DNA of 63,960 nt, the filler included, from Octopus bimaculoides (Eukaryota): assembly GCF_001194135.2 (NCBI RefSeq). It is 6 parts of 5 records of this genome, joined end to end, with 100 filler letters (N's around TTAATTAATTAA, not from the genome) between each part and the next. Parts side by side here need not be neighbours in the genome. Positions count along the whole stretch, not along the records: positions 1 to 29,031 come from NC_068997.1; 5 more parts are not named here. One strand, given 5' to 3'. Under the pieces are notes generated by a model. That model saw nothing but the letters and a program-made list of their open reading frames with translations. It was not told the DNA's origin and searched no databases. Positions 12,791 to 26,462 of this stretch are shown piece after piece. The translations under genes and the position numbers were made by a program. Numbering within the stretch: position 1 is the stretch's first letter; every line of letters starts with the position of its first letter.

Positions 12791-13769
12791 CACACCTACT
12801 ATTTTTTGTTCACATAACAAAAGAAAACAGCTGCACATTGAAATTCCAAAGAACACTGAAGAAATTCTCAAAAACAAAAACAAAAAAAATGATAGTAAAA
12901 ATATACTGAAAGAAATTGAGAGGTCGACTATTGACATTTAGCAACTGTTTTCCAAGACTGTGTAGATGTTGAATATAAACTCTCATAGTCATTGCTACAG
13001 ATTCTCTTGGAGACATTTTATGACAAAATCCAAACCAAATACGAAACAACGGGTACTGGAATTATGAATAAAACTTGTCAACGAAAAAAAAAAAAAAACA
13101 ACAATAGTAATAATAAATCAACTGAGCCGTTGGATGTGATTATTCAACTTGTGACATTGTTAGACCATTGGGTTAGGTTCGAGTCTATAATGAAGGTCCA
13201 AATTGTGATGGGGAAAAAAAAACACTTGTCATAGTTATGGTTATTATCAAGGGTCCCAACAGCATCCTCTACCTTAGGAGTTTTGTTGTTGTTGTTGTTG
13301 CTGCTCTGAGGAGTAGACTTGTTTCGTGTAACATATATATATATATATATATANNNNNNNNNNNNNNNNNNNNNNNNNNNNNNNNNNNNNNNNNNNNNNN
13401 NNNNNNNNNNNNNNNNNNNNNNNNNNNNNNNNNNNNNNNNNNNNNNNNNNNNNNNNNNNNNNNNNNNNNNNNNNNNNNNNNNNNNNNNNNNNNNNNNNNN
13501 NNNNNNNNNNNNNNNNNNNNNNNNNNNNNNNNNNNNNNNNNNNNNNNNNNNNNNNNNNNNNNNNNNNNNNNNNNNNNNNNNNNNNNNNNNNNNNNNNNNN
13601 NNNNNNNNNNNNNNNNNNNNNNNNNNNNNNNNNNNNNNNNNNNNNNNNNNNNNNNNNNNNNNNNNNNNNNNNNNNNNNNNNNNNNNNNNNNNNNNNNNNN
13701 NNNNNNNNNTATATATATATCACATATATATGTGTGTGTATGTATGTATGTATGTATGTATGTGTGTAT

Positions 13770-13980
13770 ATCCTTTTATTCTTTTACTTGTTTCAGTCAT
13801 TGGAGCACCGCCTTTAATCGATCAAGTCGACCCCAGGACTTATTCTTTGTAAGACTAGTACTCATTTTATCGATCTGTTAGGCCGAACCGCTAGTTACGG
13901 AGACATAAACACACCAACATCAGTTGTCAAACGATGGTGGTGGGGACAAACACAGATACACAAATACATACATACATACT

Positions 13981-14012
<32 letters not shown>

Positions 14013-14277
14013 NNNNNNNNNNNNNNNNNNNNNNNNNNNNNNNNNNNNNNNNNNNNNNNNNNNNNNNNNNNNNNNNNNNNNNNNNNNNNNNNNNNNNNNN
14101 NNNNNNNNTATATATACGATGGGTTTCTTTCAGTTTCCGTCTACCAAATCTACTCACAAGGCTTTGGTTGGCCCGAAGCTATAGTAGAAGACACTTGCCC
14201 AAGGTACCACGCAGTAGGACTGAACTCGGAACCTTGTGGTTGGAAGCTTCTTACCACACAGCCACTCCTGCGCCTAT
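13770..14277 (-). mobile_element. SINE family A, full-length, internal (TA)n collapsed to an N gap
   Basis: Head at 14160-14277 with A/B-box-like motifs (TGGCTGTGTGG, GAGTTCAGTCC). Tail at 13770-13950. Confidence 0.9.
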
Positions 14278-15532
14278 ATGTGCATGCTTGTATTAAAAAC
14301 ACGACTCTTTCCGATTTTTACTTTTGTTACTGAAGTTTTTTCATATTTCGTGAGGTCAGTGCAGTTTGTTTGGATCAATGAAATTCCAAAATTCATCATG
14401 GACGTTTTAGCCATATCTGCCAAAGGCATAGTCTGACTGAAGTGCTTATGGCACATGCGGTTGACCCACTATTTGCGCATTCATCACCGTAATTAATTAA
14501 TTCATTTATTAGCATAAACGGACCCTACAAAATAAAACAAAACCTTTAATAGCTGGAATATCCAATCGATCACAATATCCGATTACGCGATTCGCTAGAA
14601 TATTACCCACGTGACCAATAAAATCTAACCAACCATGACTTCTCCTGGAACTAGCTCCAGCAACAAGCCTGTATGTTCGCACCTTTCTCTCTGAGCCTGT
14701 CCATCAGTATATATTCAACACATCTTAGCTGCTTGGCAAAAAGCATTGAGAAACAGCAAACGAGACGGCAAACGGACAGCGAGCAGATGCAAACAGATAC
14801 TAATCAATGACAAACGATGACAGCAACACCATACTCTGACTGCTGCTACAAGCACATCAAAAACAATAACATTCAAAATCTCTCGACGTTTTGTCGTTCG
14901 TAGTAACATCAGTATTTGCTTGCTTTTTGTGTACGAAAAGAATTTAAAAAATTGTCAACAATCGCAACAGATTTCGCCGTCTTCTTCGTAACAACTAATA
15001 AACAGTCCCAAAACAGAAGACCCAGTCTAAGACCAATGTTTAAACAAATACAAAGTTTGAGATACACCAGGCATCCAGTTTTGTTTCAACAACAATAACA
15101 CTGGCCTTGTCTAATATAAAGAATAACCATCACAACATGTAGAGAGTACTAATATAGAGAGATTCCAATACAAGATAAGATTATCGCGCCCGAGACGAAG
15201 CCTGGCGATGGCTTAGCTCGCCGAAACTTCAGAGTCACTGTTAATAGTATTCTTGTTTATATATATATATATATNNNNNNNNNNNNNNNNNNNNNNNNNN
15301 NNNNNNNNNNNNNNNNNNNNNNNNNNNNNNNNNNNNNNNNNNNNNNNNNNNNNNNNNNNNNNNNNNNNNNNNNNNNNNNNNNNNNNNNNNNNNNNNNNNN
15401 NNNNNNNNNNNNNNNNNNNNNNNNNNNNNNNNNNNNNNNNNNNNNNNNNNNNNNNNNNNNNNNNNNNNNNNNNNNNNNNNNNNNNNNNNNNNNNNNNNNN
15501 NNNNNNNNNNNNNNNNNNNNNNNNNNNNNNNN

Positions 15533-16380
15533 TTCTACTGTACTTAAAATATTGCAGCTGAAAATAACATATTTAAAATTTACTATATTTTATTAAAACA
15601 AAAATTATAAAAACATTACTGGGTTTTTCCAATTTTCCGATTTTAAACTTATGGGCTTATATTCAGAAACTCTTTTTTATGTATAGCCCCAGTAATTTTT
15701 ATATTTTTCAGAAAACAAAATATTTAAGCAAAATTATTTAAGTCTGTATTTAAGCCCATAGGATTATTTTGGGAAAAATTATTATTTTAAAAATGAAATA
15801 AAATAAAATTAATTTTAAAAAATTAAATTAGAATTTGCCTAATTAGTCATCCTTAGGAGAAAATTGAAAGTGACGAATTAGGTGAAGTAACGAATTAGCC
15901 AAAGACGAATTAGGCTAACTCTATTGTATTAATGCTAAGTAATAAATTTTACTTATTTAATTGTCAGATTAAATTTCTCTTTTTAATGTGGAAGAATTGA
16001 CTGAACATATGGTTGATTTGAAACCATTTAATGACCATTCTACTACAATCAATGTTGTTGTTTTGTTTTGTAATAGGATTTTAATTGAAGTGAAAAAAAT
16101 CTTGTTCAATATTACTTACAACTTCATATTTTATTGTTTGTACTTGATACAACAAAATAAAATGACTATTTTAATTATGTATTTCAAAAGACATAATTAA
16201 AAAAATATTCCTTGTTTAAATTTATTTTTGATTATTTTTGTACCATACTTTTAAAGATTTATTTGTTTTGTAGATTCTCATAATAAATGAAATAAATTAT
16301 CGCAAATTTATCTGATATAATGTTTTTTAATTTTAAAAATGTTATTCTCAGCTGCAATATTTTAAGTACAGTAGAATTTT
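15533..16380. mobile_element. AT-rich non-autonomous DNA transposon with ~45-bp TIRs
   Basis: TTCTACTGTACTTAAAATATTGCAGCTGAAAATAACAT at 15533 and its reverse complement ending near 16378. Left end abuts an N gap. Confidence 0.75.
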
Positions 16381-17299
16381 AATTTTAAGTACTTTTTAGT
16401 TTCCTTTAGAGGTGACAAATTAAACAAATTCTACTGTAGAAACCTTGTTTTGTACTTTTCCAGTTATTATAACTTAAGAATATTGACATGAAACGCGCCT
16501 GAATTTTTCATTGTAATTCAGTTTTTTTTCCAGACAATCCAATAGAACTAATAAATATTCTTTTGTTAACAGATATTTGAATTATTCTTCATTGTTGATG
16601 AATGAATTGAAGTAAGAATTTTATGTTGTGTACGAATGCGCGAAAAAAAAAAGAAAGTGTGAAAATTCATACTGAAAAATAATTTTCTATATAATAGTGA
16701 GTATTAATGTAATACTAATTTTATTATAAAATCAAGAAATAAATGAGCGATATCTATATAGAGTAAGAAGAGCTAGCAAGAAGCGGTATGAGAATATATC
16801 AACTATATAGTAAGAAGAGAATCTAATCATATGAATAGTCAAGTCATGGCTAATACAATTTTTTTTTAAATGCAAAAATAGCCAATGCATCCACCATAAG
16901 GCAGGAGGAACCACCTGCCCTTGTTAGGGCAAAGTGAGCTTGTTAGTCGAAATTCATGCAAAATACTATTCTTGTCAACTTGCCTGAAAATGAAAAAATC
17001 TGAATTCTGCTATTCTGAAAATCAAGTCATACCATCTGAAAGCAAAAACGTTGTCAAACGCTAAGAAATAGCGTGTGTGTGTGTGTGTGTGTGTGTGTTC
17101 AAAAGTATATATGCAGTGTTGCGTATATATCCCTGAAGTTGATTTTCAGTGCTATTCTCCCCTTTTTGACATCACATATTTGAAATCTTAATTTTTTTTC
17201 TACTGAACCAAATTTCGAATTTTGTAGCTCAAAATGTAGCTTAGGAGGTGACCAATCTAAAAATGCATAAGCATCATCAAATTTGGTAAAAAAAAAAAA

Positions 17300-17465
17300 A
17301 AAAAAATCAAATCCGGAAGTGAGGGAAGTTGATTACAGCGACCTCAGTGCTCAGCTCATATTCATTTTATCGAGTACCGAAAAGATAAAAGGCAAAAACG
17401 TAGACTGTAGAGTCAGACGAAATTCCGCGAAGCTTTCACCCTGCACGTTACCGACTCTGCCAGCA
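17300..17465 (-). mobile_element. SINE family B, diverged copy
   Basis: GTTGATTACAGCGACCTCAGTGCTCAGC...AAAAGGCAAAAACGTAGAC...ACTCTGCCAGC. Confidence 0.6.
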
Positions 17466-18218
17466 CGTCGTCTTAGTACTGTAATACGTAATAATATTAC
17501 TTGAAAATTGTTTTATGTACTTTTGGCACACTTAGCTTATATAATAACTTTTTTCAATTTGACTATTTCTTGAAAAGATTAGCACTACGACACTCGTCTT
17601 GATCAGTTCTATCATATAAGCTAAACAAAAACAAAATGTTTAGGTTTTGAATTTGCTTTTAGGGGTTACCACTGTTTTCAGCACATTTGTCCCCAGTAGT
17701 TTTTTTATTTTAAATTTTCTTTTTATATAATTAGAATAATGGGATTCCTGTAGTTGAGATCTATCAGAAAAGTTAAATTTAAATATAGTTTTCTTTTGAA
17801 AGAAGAATAATATGTGGAGTCAAAATCGATTTCAGGCGTTAATCTTTTTTTCGCCGGTTTCTTTTTAAAGCATTTTTTTTCTATTGAATATTTTTGCATA
17901 TAAGTAACATGAATAGATTCCTCTCGCCGTGATCCATCATATAAGCTAAAACAAAATATAGATTTCTTTAAAAGAAAAAAATGTGGACTCAAGGTCGATT
18001 TCAAGTGTTACTCTCCCGTTTTTGACGCGCACATTTTACTGAAACTTTTTTTTCTACCAAAGCAATTTTCAAATTTTGTGGCTGAAGATGTAGCTTAGGA
18101 TGTGATCAATCTAATTTGGTTAAAAACTGAGTAAGTGACAAAGCCTAGAAGTGGTCGTGAGTGAGTAAATAATAACCTTAAGAATATTATTCACACGGTA
18201 GTGTGTGAATGGTATATA

Positions 18219-18434
18219 TACGAGATGTGCTGAAAAGTTTCTAGCTTTGGGTAAAAGAAAATACAGAGAGATCAGTTAATTATGATTTTATTCAACATAT
18301 TCCCCTTTCAGATTCACACACTTATTGCAGCGGTCCTCCGGCTTTTCTAAGCCCTGTAAAAGAATTCGGAAGGTTGGGCCTCCAGTCAGGCCTTTCACGA
18401 TATCCTTAAAGCCAGGAACTTTTCAGTACCTTTT

Positions 18435-18437
<3 letters not shown>
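18219..18437 (-). mobile_element. mariner-derived MITE (5' TIR + transposase 3' end)
   Basis: TIR-like CGAGATGTGCTGAAAAGTTTCTAGCTTT / AAAGCCAGGAACTTTTCAGTACC. Minus strand encodes ...EAQPSEFFYRA/G...RCNKCVNLKGEYVE*. Confidence 0.8.
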
Positions 18438-18498
<61 letters not shown>

Positions 18499-19671
18499 TG
18501 TGTGTGTGTGTGTGCGTGCGTGCGTGCGTTTGTGTGTGTGTTTGTGTATATACCAATAACTATGAACTGTAGCCCCTTAAATAAATGATTCCAGTAACAC
18601 TGAAAAAAAAAGAATCATCAACATCTGATATATTTCTAATAGTATCTGATAAAATAACAAATATATAATGCATATAATATATAAATAATATTTCATATGA
18701 AAAGACAGTTTGAAAATTTAGTGCTGTGCATAACATCTTCAAGTAAATAGAATATCATGTGTTTATTTTAAACATTTAGAGAAATAATTTTTGAAAATGA
18801 AATTGTAGAAGTGAAACGTTATTGGAATATTATAAATTAACCAATGAAGCAAAAAAAAAATTGATGCTAAATCAAATTAGTATTAAAATGTTTAATGTAG
18901 TATTATTTTTTAATGTAGTATTAAAATGTTTAATGTAGCATTAATTTTTAATGTAGTATTAAAATGTTTAATGCAGCCAGTGGGAAAAGGTTAATTTTAA
19001 ATATGACAGCGTGCGCGTGATAACTAATATTATTTTCATAAGTAAAAGCAAAAACTTCAGACATGCTTTGATCTTATTATAACTCTTAAGCAAAGCATGC
19101 ACCTTCTAAGCAAGGGAGGAGATGAGCGCTCAACAGACGATAAATAATGCCCATATGGAAGTGTGAAAGTCTATCATATTCAGAAACTAAATCATAAAGT
19201 TTGAGAAAAAAAAAAACAAAGAACAATATGGAGCTGTTTTCGCCCCCCCCCCCCACTTCTGCCTCTGCGGGCACAACATGGTCCATTGTATTACAACGTT
19301 ATTGTGTAAATGTATTTGTTCAGATACGTAAACACATGTACACGCGCACATCCACACAAATATGTATGCGTGTGTGTGTGTGTAATTACAAATATGTGTG
19401 TGTGTGTGTGTGTGCTTATATACACGCCTACATACACGTATAGATAAAACTGGATTTATATGCATATATTTTCTGAGAGTGAATGATAATATAAGACTAA
19501 GAAGCCAAGATCATGGAGTAAAGAAAAATGTTTGATTGTTCGACTAAATTTATGGATTAAAAAAAACTAGGTTTCCCACCATTTACAGACTGGTTACTAG
19601 GTTGTTCCTTCATCAGTTGAGATTTTTCTTTATTTCGATCTATTGAAAGTTTAGTGTGGAAAGCTGGCAGA

Positions 19672-19885
19672 ATCTTTAGCAGGCTGGACAAAAAGGCTGA
19701 GCGGCGTTTCAGCCGCCTTTATGTTCTGAGCTCAAATTCTGCTGAGCACGACTTAATCTTTCATCCTTTCGGCTCGATAAAATAAGTACCAGTTGAGCAC
19801 TGGTGGTGGGGGGTCGATGTAATCGACTTTCTCCCCCCCCCCCGCCTCCCGAAATTACTGGCCGTGTACCAGAATTTGAAACTAA
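19672..19885 (+). mobile_element. SINE family B
   Basis: AGCTGGCAGAATC...GAGCTCAAATTC...TTTCATCCTTTCGGCTCGATAAAATAAGTACCAGTT...AATTTGAAAC. Confidence 0.85.
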
Positions 19886-20650
19886 TATACTAAAGGTTTA
19901 AAACAGCTTCTGGCGGTGATGATGGTGGCAGAGGTGGTGGTGATGGTGGTGGTGCTGGTGGTGGTGGAGATGTCAGAGATGGTAATGATGGTGATATTGG
20001 AGATGATAAAGAGACGGGGTGGAGGAGTATAGTGGTAGAGGAGGATNNNNNNNNNNNNNNNNNNNNNNNNNNNNNNNNNNNNNNNNNNNNNNNNNNNNNN
20101 NNNNNNNNNNNNNNNNNNNNNNNNNNNNNNNNNNNNNNNNNNNNNNNNNNNNNNNNNNNNNNNNNNNNNNNNNNNNNNNNNNNNNNNNNNNNNNNNNNNN
20201 NNNNNNNNNNNNNNNNNNNNNNNNNNNNNNNNNNNNNNNNNNNNNNNNNNNNNNNNNNNNNNNNNNNNNNNNNNNNNNNNNNNNNNNNNNNNNNNNNNNN
20301 NNNNNNNNNNNNNNNNNNNNNNNNNNNNNNNNNNNNNNNNNNNNNNNNNNNNNNNNNNNNNNNNNNNNNNNNNNNNNNNNNNNNNNNNNNNNNNNNNNNN
20401 NNNNNNNNNNNNNNNNNNNNNNNNNNNNNNNNNNNNNNNNNNNNNNNNNNNNNNNNNNNNNNNNNNNNNNNNNNNNNNNNNNNNNNNNNNNNNNNNNNNN
20501 NNNNNNNNNNNNNNNNNNNNNNNNNNNNNNNNNNNNNNNNNNNNNNNNNNNNNNNNNNNNNNNNNNNNNNNNNNNNNNNNNNNNNNNNNNNNNNNNNNNN
20601 NNNNNNNNNNNNNNNNNNNNNNNNNNNNNNNNNNNNNNNNNNNNNNNNNN

Positions 20651-20726
<76 letters not shown>

Positions 20727-21136
20727 TCCTGTGTGTTTGTTTGAATAATCACATGTATATATATGATATACACTCATATTATGTATATATATTTATATAA
20801 ATATGTATATATACATATATGCATATATATACATACATACATTTTACACAGTCATATCTTGTATAAACAAACACACGCACACAAACACACGCACACAAAC
20901 ACACGCACACACACACACACACACTTACTCACGTGCGCGCATGGGATAAACAAAATAACGGGAACACTATTTTAATTTAACTGTTATTTCTATTGGCAAT
21001 ATGACAAATTCAAAACTGTTTCTAACCTGTATATGTATTTATGTTTTTGTTATGCCCTGTACTCCGTGGTATAAACATCTGTTTTTCTTCTTTTTTTCTT
21101 TTTCATTTTGCAAATATTTATATTTAAATAAGTTAA

Positions 21137-22024
21137 AATGTTCAGCCTATCTAATTTCCAAAGAGGACAAGTTGTTGGAGTTCGGATAAGTGGTGCTTTA
21201 ATGTTTTGAGAGGTACATTCGAAAACCAAATTTGAACCAGCTCTGGTAAGCATAATTCTAGATGGAGAGCAAAGCTCACTGAGAAAGACCGAAGAATACT
21301 GAAACATTGAATCTAAAAATCTATCGAACTATGGCAGCAAAAGTGGAATCAGTGTTAGACTGCTACTTTGCCAAAACCTTTTGTTGTGAGTTCCGAAAAG
21401 CTGTAAATCGTGGGAGAGCTGCAAAAGCTAAACCTCTGCTTTAAAATTGTGAGATTATCAGAAGTGGTCCATGGTTCAATGGAATGAAGTCCAATTATCT
21501 GATAAATCATTATTTACTCTTTTTCCACTTGTTTTTGGCTGGAGACAGCCCAGATAAGCCTTCAACCCTGGCTGGCCATAACCGTGAACCATGGCGGTGG
21601 CTAAGAGAGATTTGGACAGCCCTATCACGAAATACTTTTAGTTTTTTTAGTTGTTTTACATAGAAGAATTAAAGTCAATAATTATCTGAGTATTTTGGCT
21701 GTTCATGACCATCCTATGAGACAACACTATTCTCTCATGGTAGCGCTATCTTCCAGGACGAGAATGCGCCGATTCATACAGCTAAAGTTAGTCAAAATTG
21801 GTAATCAGATCTCAATATAACTGAAAATTTATGGTATATTTTGGAACAGTAAGGGAAGAGCAATTTCTTGCCGCTAACGTCGCTGAAAGAGTTAAAATAG
21901 GTTTGGCTCATAATTCACCTAGCAACTGCTCAGGATCTGTGCGCGTCAACTCCAGGTGGACTAACTCCAAATTAAATAAGAAAACTTTCATTTAACAAGG
22001 CGTTTCCATTATTTGGTCCAAACC
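21137..22024 (+). mobile_element. Degenerate Tc1-like (DD34E-type) transposon
   Basis: Fragments MFSLSNFQRGQVVGVRISGA, KLTEKDRRILK, TVNHGGG, IFQDENAPIHTAK, DLNITENLWYILEQ. Internally deleted. Confidence 0.75.
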
Positions 22025-22479
22025 TCACGCGCGCGCCAGAATTTTCAGAGTTCATACCGGATTCAATTAGAAACAGCTTTCATAAAGGCTTTTAAAATTC
22101 TTAACTCGCTATTTCAATGCCTTCATTTTCTTCAAGTTTTTTTTACAAATTCATAAGTTTTTCTTTCATCCATATTTGTAATCCGGTTTTACATTTCTAG
22201 CCCGATATCTACGGCGTTGCTATTAATTTTATTCACTGTCCAGAATCGTTTTGTGGACAAGGTAATACGGACCAGTGCATGTACTGATTTTATCAATCTT
22301 TAGCAATGTTTTCGTAAATAAAAACCAGGTTTCAAGCCAATAAAATGCAGAGAATTCTTTATTAATTGCTGGAAGCATCGAGAATATTCTGGCATTACCG
22401 TTTGTAATAGCTTTTTATATTCCAGTCGAACAACGTCACAAAATTCCTTTAAATGTGTTATATGATCAGTTTTTTATCC

Positions 22480-23240
22480 ATACATCTATCCATCCATTGT
22501 CTTCGCCCACTAATCCTATGAAGATCGTGGTGGCAGTGTCCTCAGGTACCCCCTCCATAGAGTTCTACCAGAAGTAACGGTCAGTAGCCTTTTCGGGTGG
22601 ATTCTCAAGCGTGACCAACTAAAACTATGGATATTATCCAACCATCTCATTCTTGGTCTACCTCCAGTTCTCGTGCCATTTGGTTGGCTTGAAGAAGCTG
22701 TCTTGCGATTCCTCTCTGCGCCATTCTAATCACATGTCTGTAGTACCGGAGTTGTAACCGTTCAATGCAATGAAGTAGTAACCTTGATATCCAAGGTTAA
22801 CATTCCATTTCGGAGGAACCCATTTCGGCCGCTTTTATCCATGATAGAGCATTCATGATCATAGGTAAGGTTAAGTACAAAATCCGAACTGAAGATAGCA
22901 AGTTTGGCTTTTTTTTTTTACCAACCATTTCTCTTCTAGGGTTAGAATGCTTAGAATGCTGGAGCTGCCGATTTTGTTGTGCCAGCACCTGCAATTCTAG
23001 CATTCCATTCAGCCTTCTGCTTCCCATCACAAGAGAACGTGTAAACTACAGCCAGTGCCAATATAGTTCCTTCCAAGTTTGGTTTTTAATTAGTGATGAT
23101 GTTCTTGCCTTTTCGTTTTACGTCGACAAAATTTGTATTATAGATGTCTCTTCAAAACCCAGCAAGCTCTTATACGAACACGTGTTTGTCAAATAACTGA
23201 GTCGAATCTCTCAGAGAGCCTTGGGCAAGTTTCTTTCACG
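22480..23240 (-). mobile_element. RTE-clade LINE, 3' fragment
   Basis: IERLQLRYYRHVIRMAQRGIARQLLQA..GTRTGGRPRMRWLDNI, followed by a TGGA/TAGA tail. Confidence 0.75.
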
Positions 23241-23371
23241 ATAGCCGCAAATCAATCAATGTCTTGTGAATGGAATTTAGTAGACGGGAAACTATTGAAA
23301 CCCGTCGTTTATGTATGTATGTATGTATGTTTGTATGTATGTATGTATGTATGTATGTACGTATGTATGTA

Positions 23372-23402
<31 letters not shown>

Positions 23403-24126
23403 ATGTATGTATGTATGTATGTACGTATGTATATACGTGTACAGTTTGCGTGTGGATGTGTGTGTTTGCGTGGGTGAATGATTGCATGTGTGAGTAATTG
23501 CATGTGTGAACTTGTATTATCAAATAAGAATTGGAATAACATAGATGACACGTGTTAATTTGTTTTGAACGTTCATCTTGTAAAAGGATTTTTGTTGATT
23601 TAACTAACAAAGTTTAAAGAAATTAATAGGATTTTAGTCAATGTTGAAATATAAGAAGCAATTATATTTATATTGCTCAAAGCTTATTAACTGCGGGATT
23701 CGTCCAAGGAAAAGTTCCTTAAAGACGTCGTGTATTAAAAGCATGGAATTCTTCAAATCAGACGAAATGAATCGCCCCGGAGCTGAACGAGAACGATGAA
23801 TATCAATACTATTCCAGCTCGGCGGCACCGTATGTGCATAAATAAAACACATGCATTATGTGATACCGGTAGTGTGACATCTTTTCTGCTTACGTTATTA
23901 GACTTCTGGTGCAACGCCGTTGCACGTCTGCAGATAGATCTTACGCAACCTGCATGTAAACCTCAGACCAGCGAATCGAGTTCGTTAGGTGACTCGGGTA
24001 TACGGTGCCGACTAGCTGAAACAACAGCAAAATATCGATATTCAACCGTTCTCTTTCACCTACGGGCGATTCGTTTCGTCTCATTTGAGGTATTCAGTGT
24101 TTTTTGTAACACTCGATATCTTAAGG

Positions 24127-24173
24127 GTTTATTGACTGCGTGATTGCCTGGGCGAATCACGCAGTCAATAAAC
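24127..24173. repeat. Perfect 19-bp stem hairpin with 9-nt loop
   Basis: GTTTATTGACTGCGTGATT-GCCTGGGCG-AATCACGCAGTCAATAAAC. Confidence 0.9.
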
Positions 24174-24353
24174 GCATAAACAAACCATATATATTAAATA
24201 TGTGACATTGGTAATGCTTGCATTACCAATGCGACAATATTAGAGCCGCTTCAAATTCAAAATTTAATCTATGTATATGTTTGTGTGTGTGCGCGCGCGT
24301 GTGTGTGTGAGTATCTCTCTGTCTATAGATAGACAGACAAATACATACATACA

Positions 24354-24384
<31 letters not shown>

Positions 24385-24870
24385 CAATACATAGATGCGC
24401 ACACTTGGGTGTATGCATCGACAGTTCAACCAACATACCACGTCAACCACATATCTACAAACACCGGGGACTTGCTTAACTCAAAGTCTTGTTGTTTTCT
24501 TAGCAATCGGCTTGAACTCTCTCAAGAAGGAAAAATTAAGCTCAAAGAAAAACCATACATATATAGAAAGGAGAAAGTTGATTCGAAGAATACAGATCCA
24601 CTCCATCACTGGAACTATAAAACTTTTGCAGAAGTTTATCATTTAAGTATATATGTGCACGTCTAGACATGCAACTATATGCATGAGAATACATAAGTAA
24701 AACAAAACATACAATCTGCACCAGCACTGACTCCAATACTGCATGTATACACACATAAATGTAAAAATACCCTGTTGCTGTTGTCGAAATTCCAGTGAAG
24801 GAGCCTTGTATTTAGGTGAGAAACCAACTCTTTCTGTATTGACTAGAAATCTTGAAATAAAACCGAATAA

Positions 24871-24935
<65 letters not shown>

Positions 24936-25414
24936 TACATACATACATACATACATACATACATACATACACAATGCTTGCTCTCTACATAAGTTCAGGG
25001 AAATTTAATGTGTAATTTCTCCGCAATCAAAAAATGGTGCGTGCACACGTCACACGAGTAAGATACGAATATCATGATTTATGTAGTGTTAATAGTGTGC
25101 TTGTCACACTTACATGACGATTGGAAAGCGAGGTGAAGTGCATTTGAAACGTGTCTAGCTTCCAGGTAGGTTGTGAGACTAGTAATTATGCGGCCTATTT
25201 AGATGTGTGGTTGAAACCAATAAGCAGCTATGTTGAAAGGAAGCTGTGTGTTTCACAACCGGACATTGAATCTTCTGGCTGCCAACTTGACGCTGGTAAT
25301 CCGAGGAAGGCGGTGAAATACAGGTGTTTCTTTGATGTCGGTAATTTAGCAGTAATAATTTCTCTGTGAAAACTGTAGGGAAGGGATAATGATGTTATTA
25401 AGCAGTAGAGCTTC

Positions 25415-25458
<44 letters not shown>

Positions 25459-26019
25459 GGTGGTGGTGNNNNNNNNNNCTGATTAGTGGCAACGTTTTCC
25501 GTCGGAGCGATTTTGTTGGGGGCAGGTGATAGATAACTGATGGTAATCAGAACCTTGTGTGCGAGCGTCTGTAAGTATATGCATGTGTGTATATGTGCTT
25601 GTGTATGTATATGTGTGTACGAATGCATGTGTATATATACCTATGTATGAATGTAAGTATGTGTGTATGTAGATATGTGTACCTGTGCGTATATGTGCGT
25701 GTATGTGTGTGTGCATGTATGTAGGCATATATGAATACACACATGCCCATTTATATAATGACCGTAAGATGGGAGAGGTGTAGATTGCTATGGCAACAAT
25801 AAACATGCGTGTTACATGCCAAGTAATCTGTTGGTATAGCTTGTACTTTTATTGGTTTGTCACGGAGGGATTCCTTACGCTATGAATAACAGATTGCCAG
25901 TAACAACAGCAACGACAGTAACAACAACAACTATACATTCACTTATACTACTTCTATTTGTACAGTGATAATAAGGAGGAGGAAGAGGAGGAATTTTAAT
26001 AAATATAGGCCCTTTAGTG

Positions 26020-26222
26020 GTAAAACCGTTAGCACGTCGGACAAAATGCTTAACGGCATTTCGTCCGTCTTTACGTTCTGAGTTCAAATTCTGTCGAGGT
26101 CGACTTTGCCTTTCATCCTTTCGGAGTTGATAAAATAAGCACCTGTTGAACATTAAGGCCGATGTAATCGACGTACCCCACCTCTAAAATTGCTGGCCTT
26201 GTGCCAAAATTTGAAACCAACA
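26020..26222 (+). mobile_element. SINE family B
   Basis: GTTAGCACGTCGGACAAAATGCTTAACGGCATTTCGTCC...GAGTTCAAATTC...CCAAAATTTGAAACC. Confidence 0.85.
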
Positions 26223-26413
26223 AATAACGGCCCAGGATATTGAAACCAATAGAAAGACGAAGCAAAAACACACAAAGAAGGGTTACATCAGCTGAAAAGA
26301 AGTTGACAAACAAAATACATGTTTCTCAATAGGAGAGGGGTATTACTAAATGTTATACGAAGTAAAACCCTCGCAAAGATGCGGATTATCCTGTCATCCC
26401 CAAGACATCAAAA

Positions 26414-26462
<49 letters not shown>

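Noticed and set aside
19560-19625. Hammerhead ribozyme cores (CTGA(T/A)GAAGG at ~19610 -, ~10375 -, ~40579 +)
   Set aside because: I could not build stem II plus GAAA plus stems I/III around any of them.
19890-20046. Proline-rich ORF end (SPPPPAPPPSPPPLPP)
   Set aside because: Translation of a degenerate (GGT/GAT)n tract next to a gap, with no splice context.
22080-22330. Additional R4-like RT fragment on the minus strand
   Set aside because: Only a faint resemblance (AVDIGLEM...MDERKTYEF); too decayed to support without a profile search.
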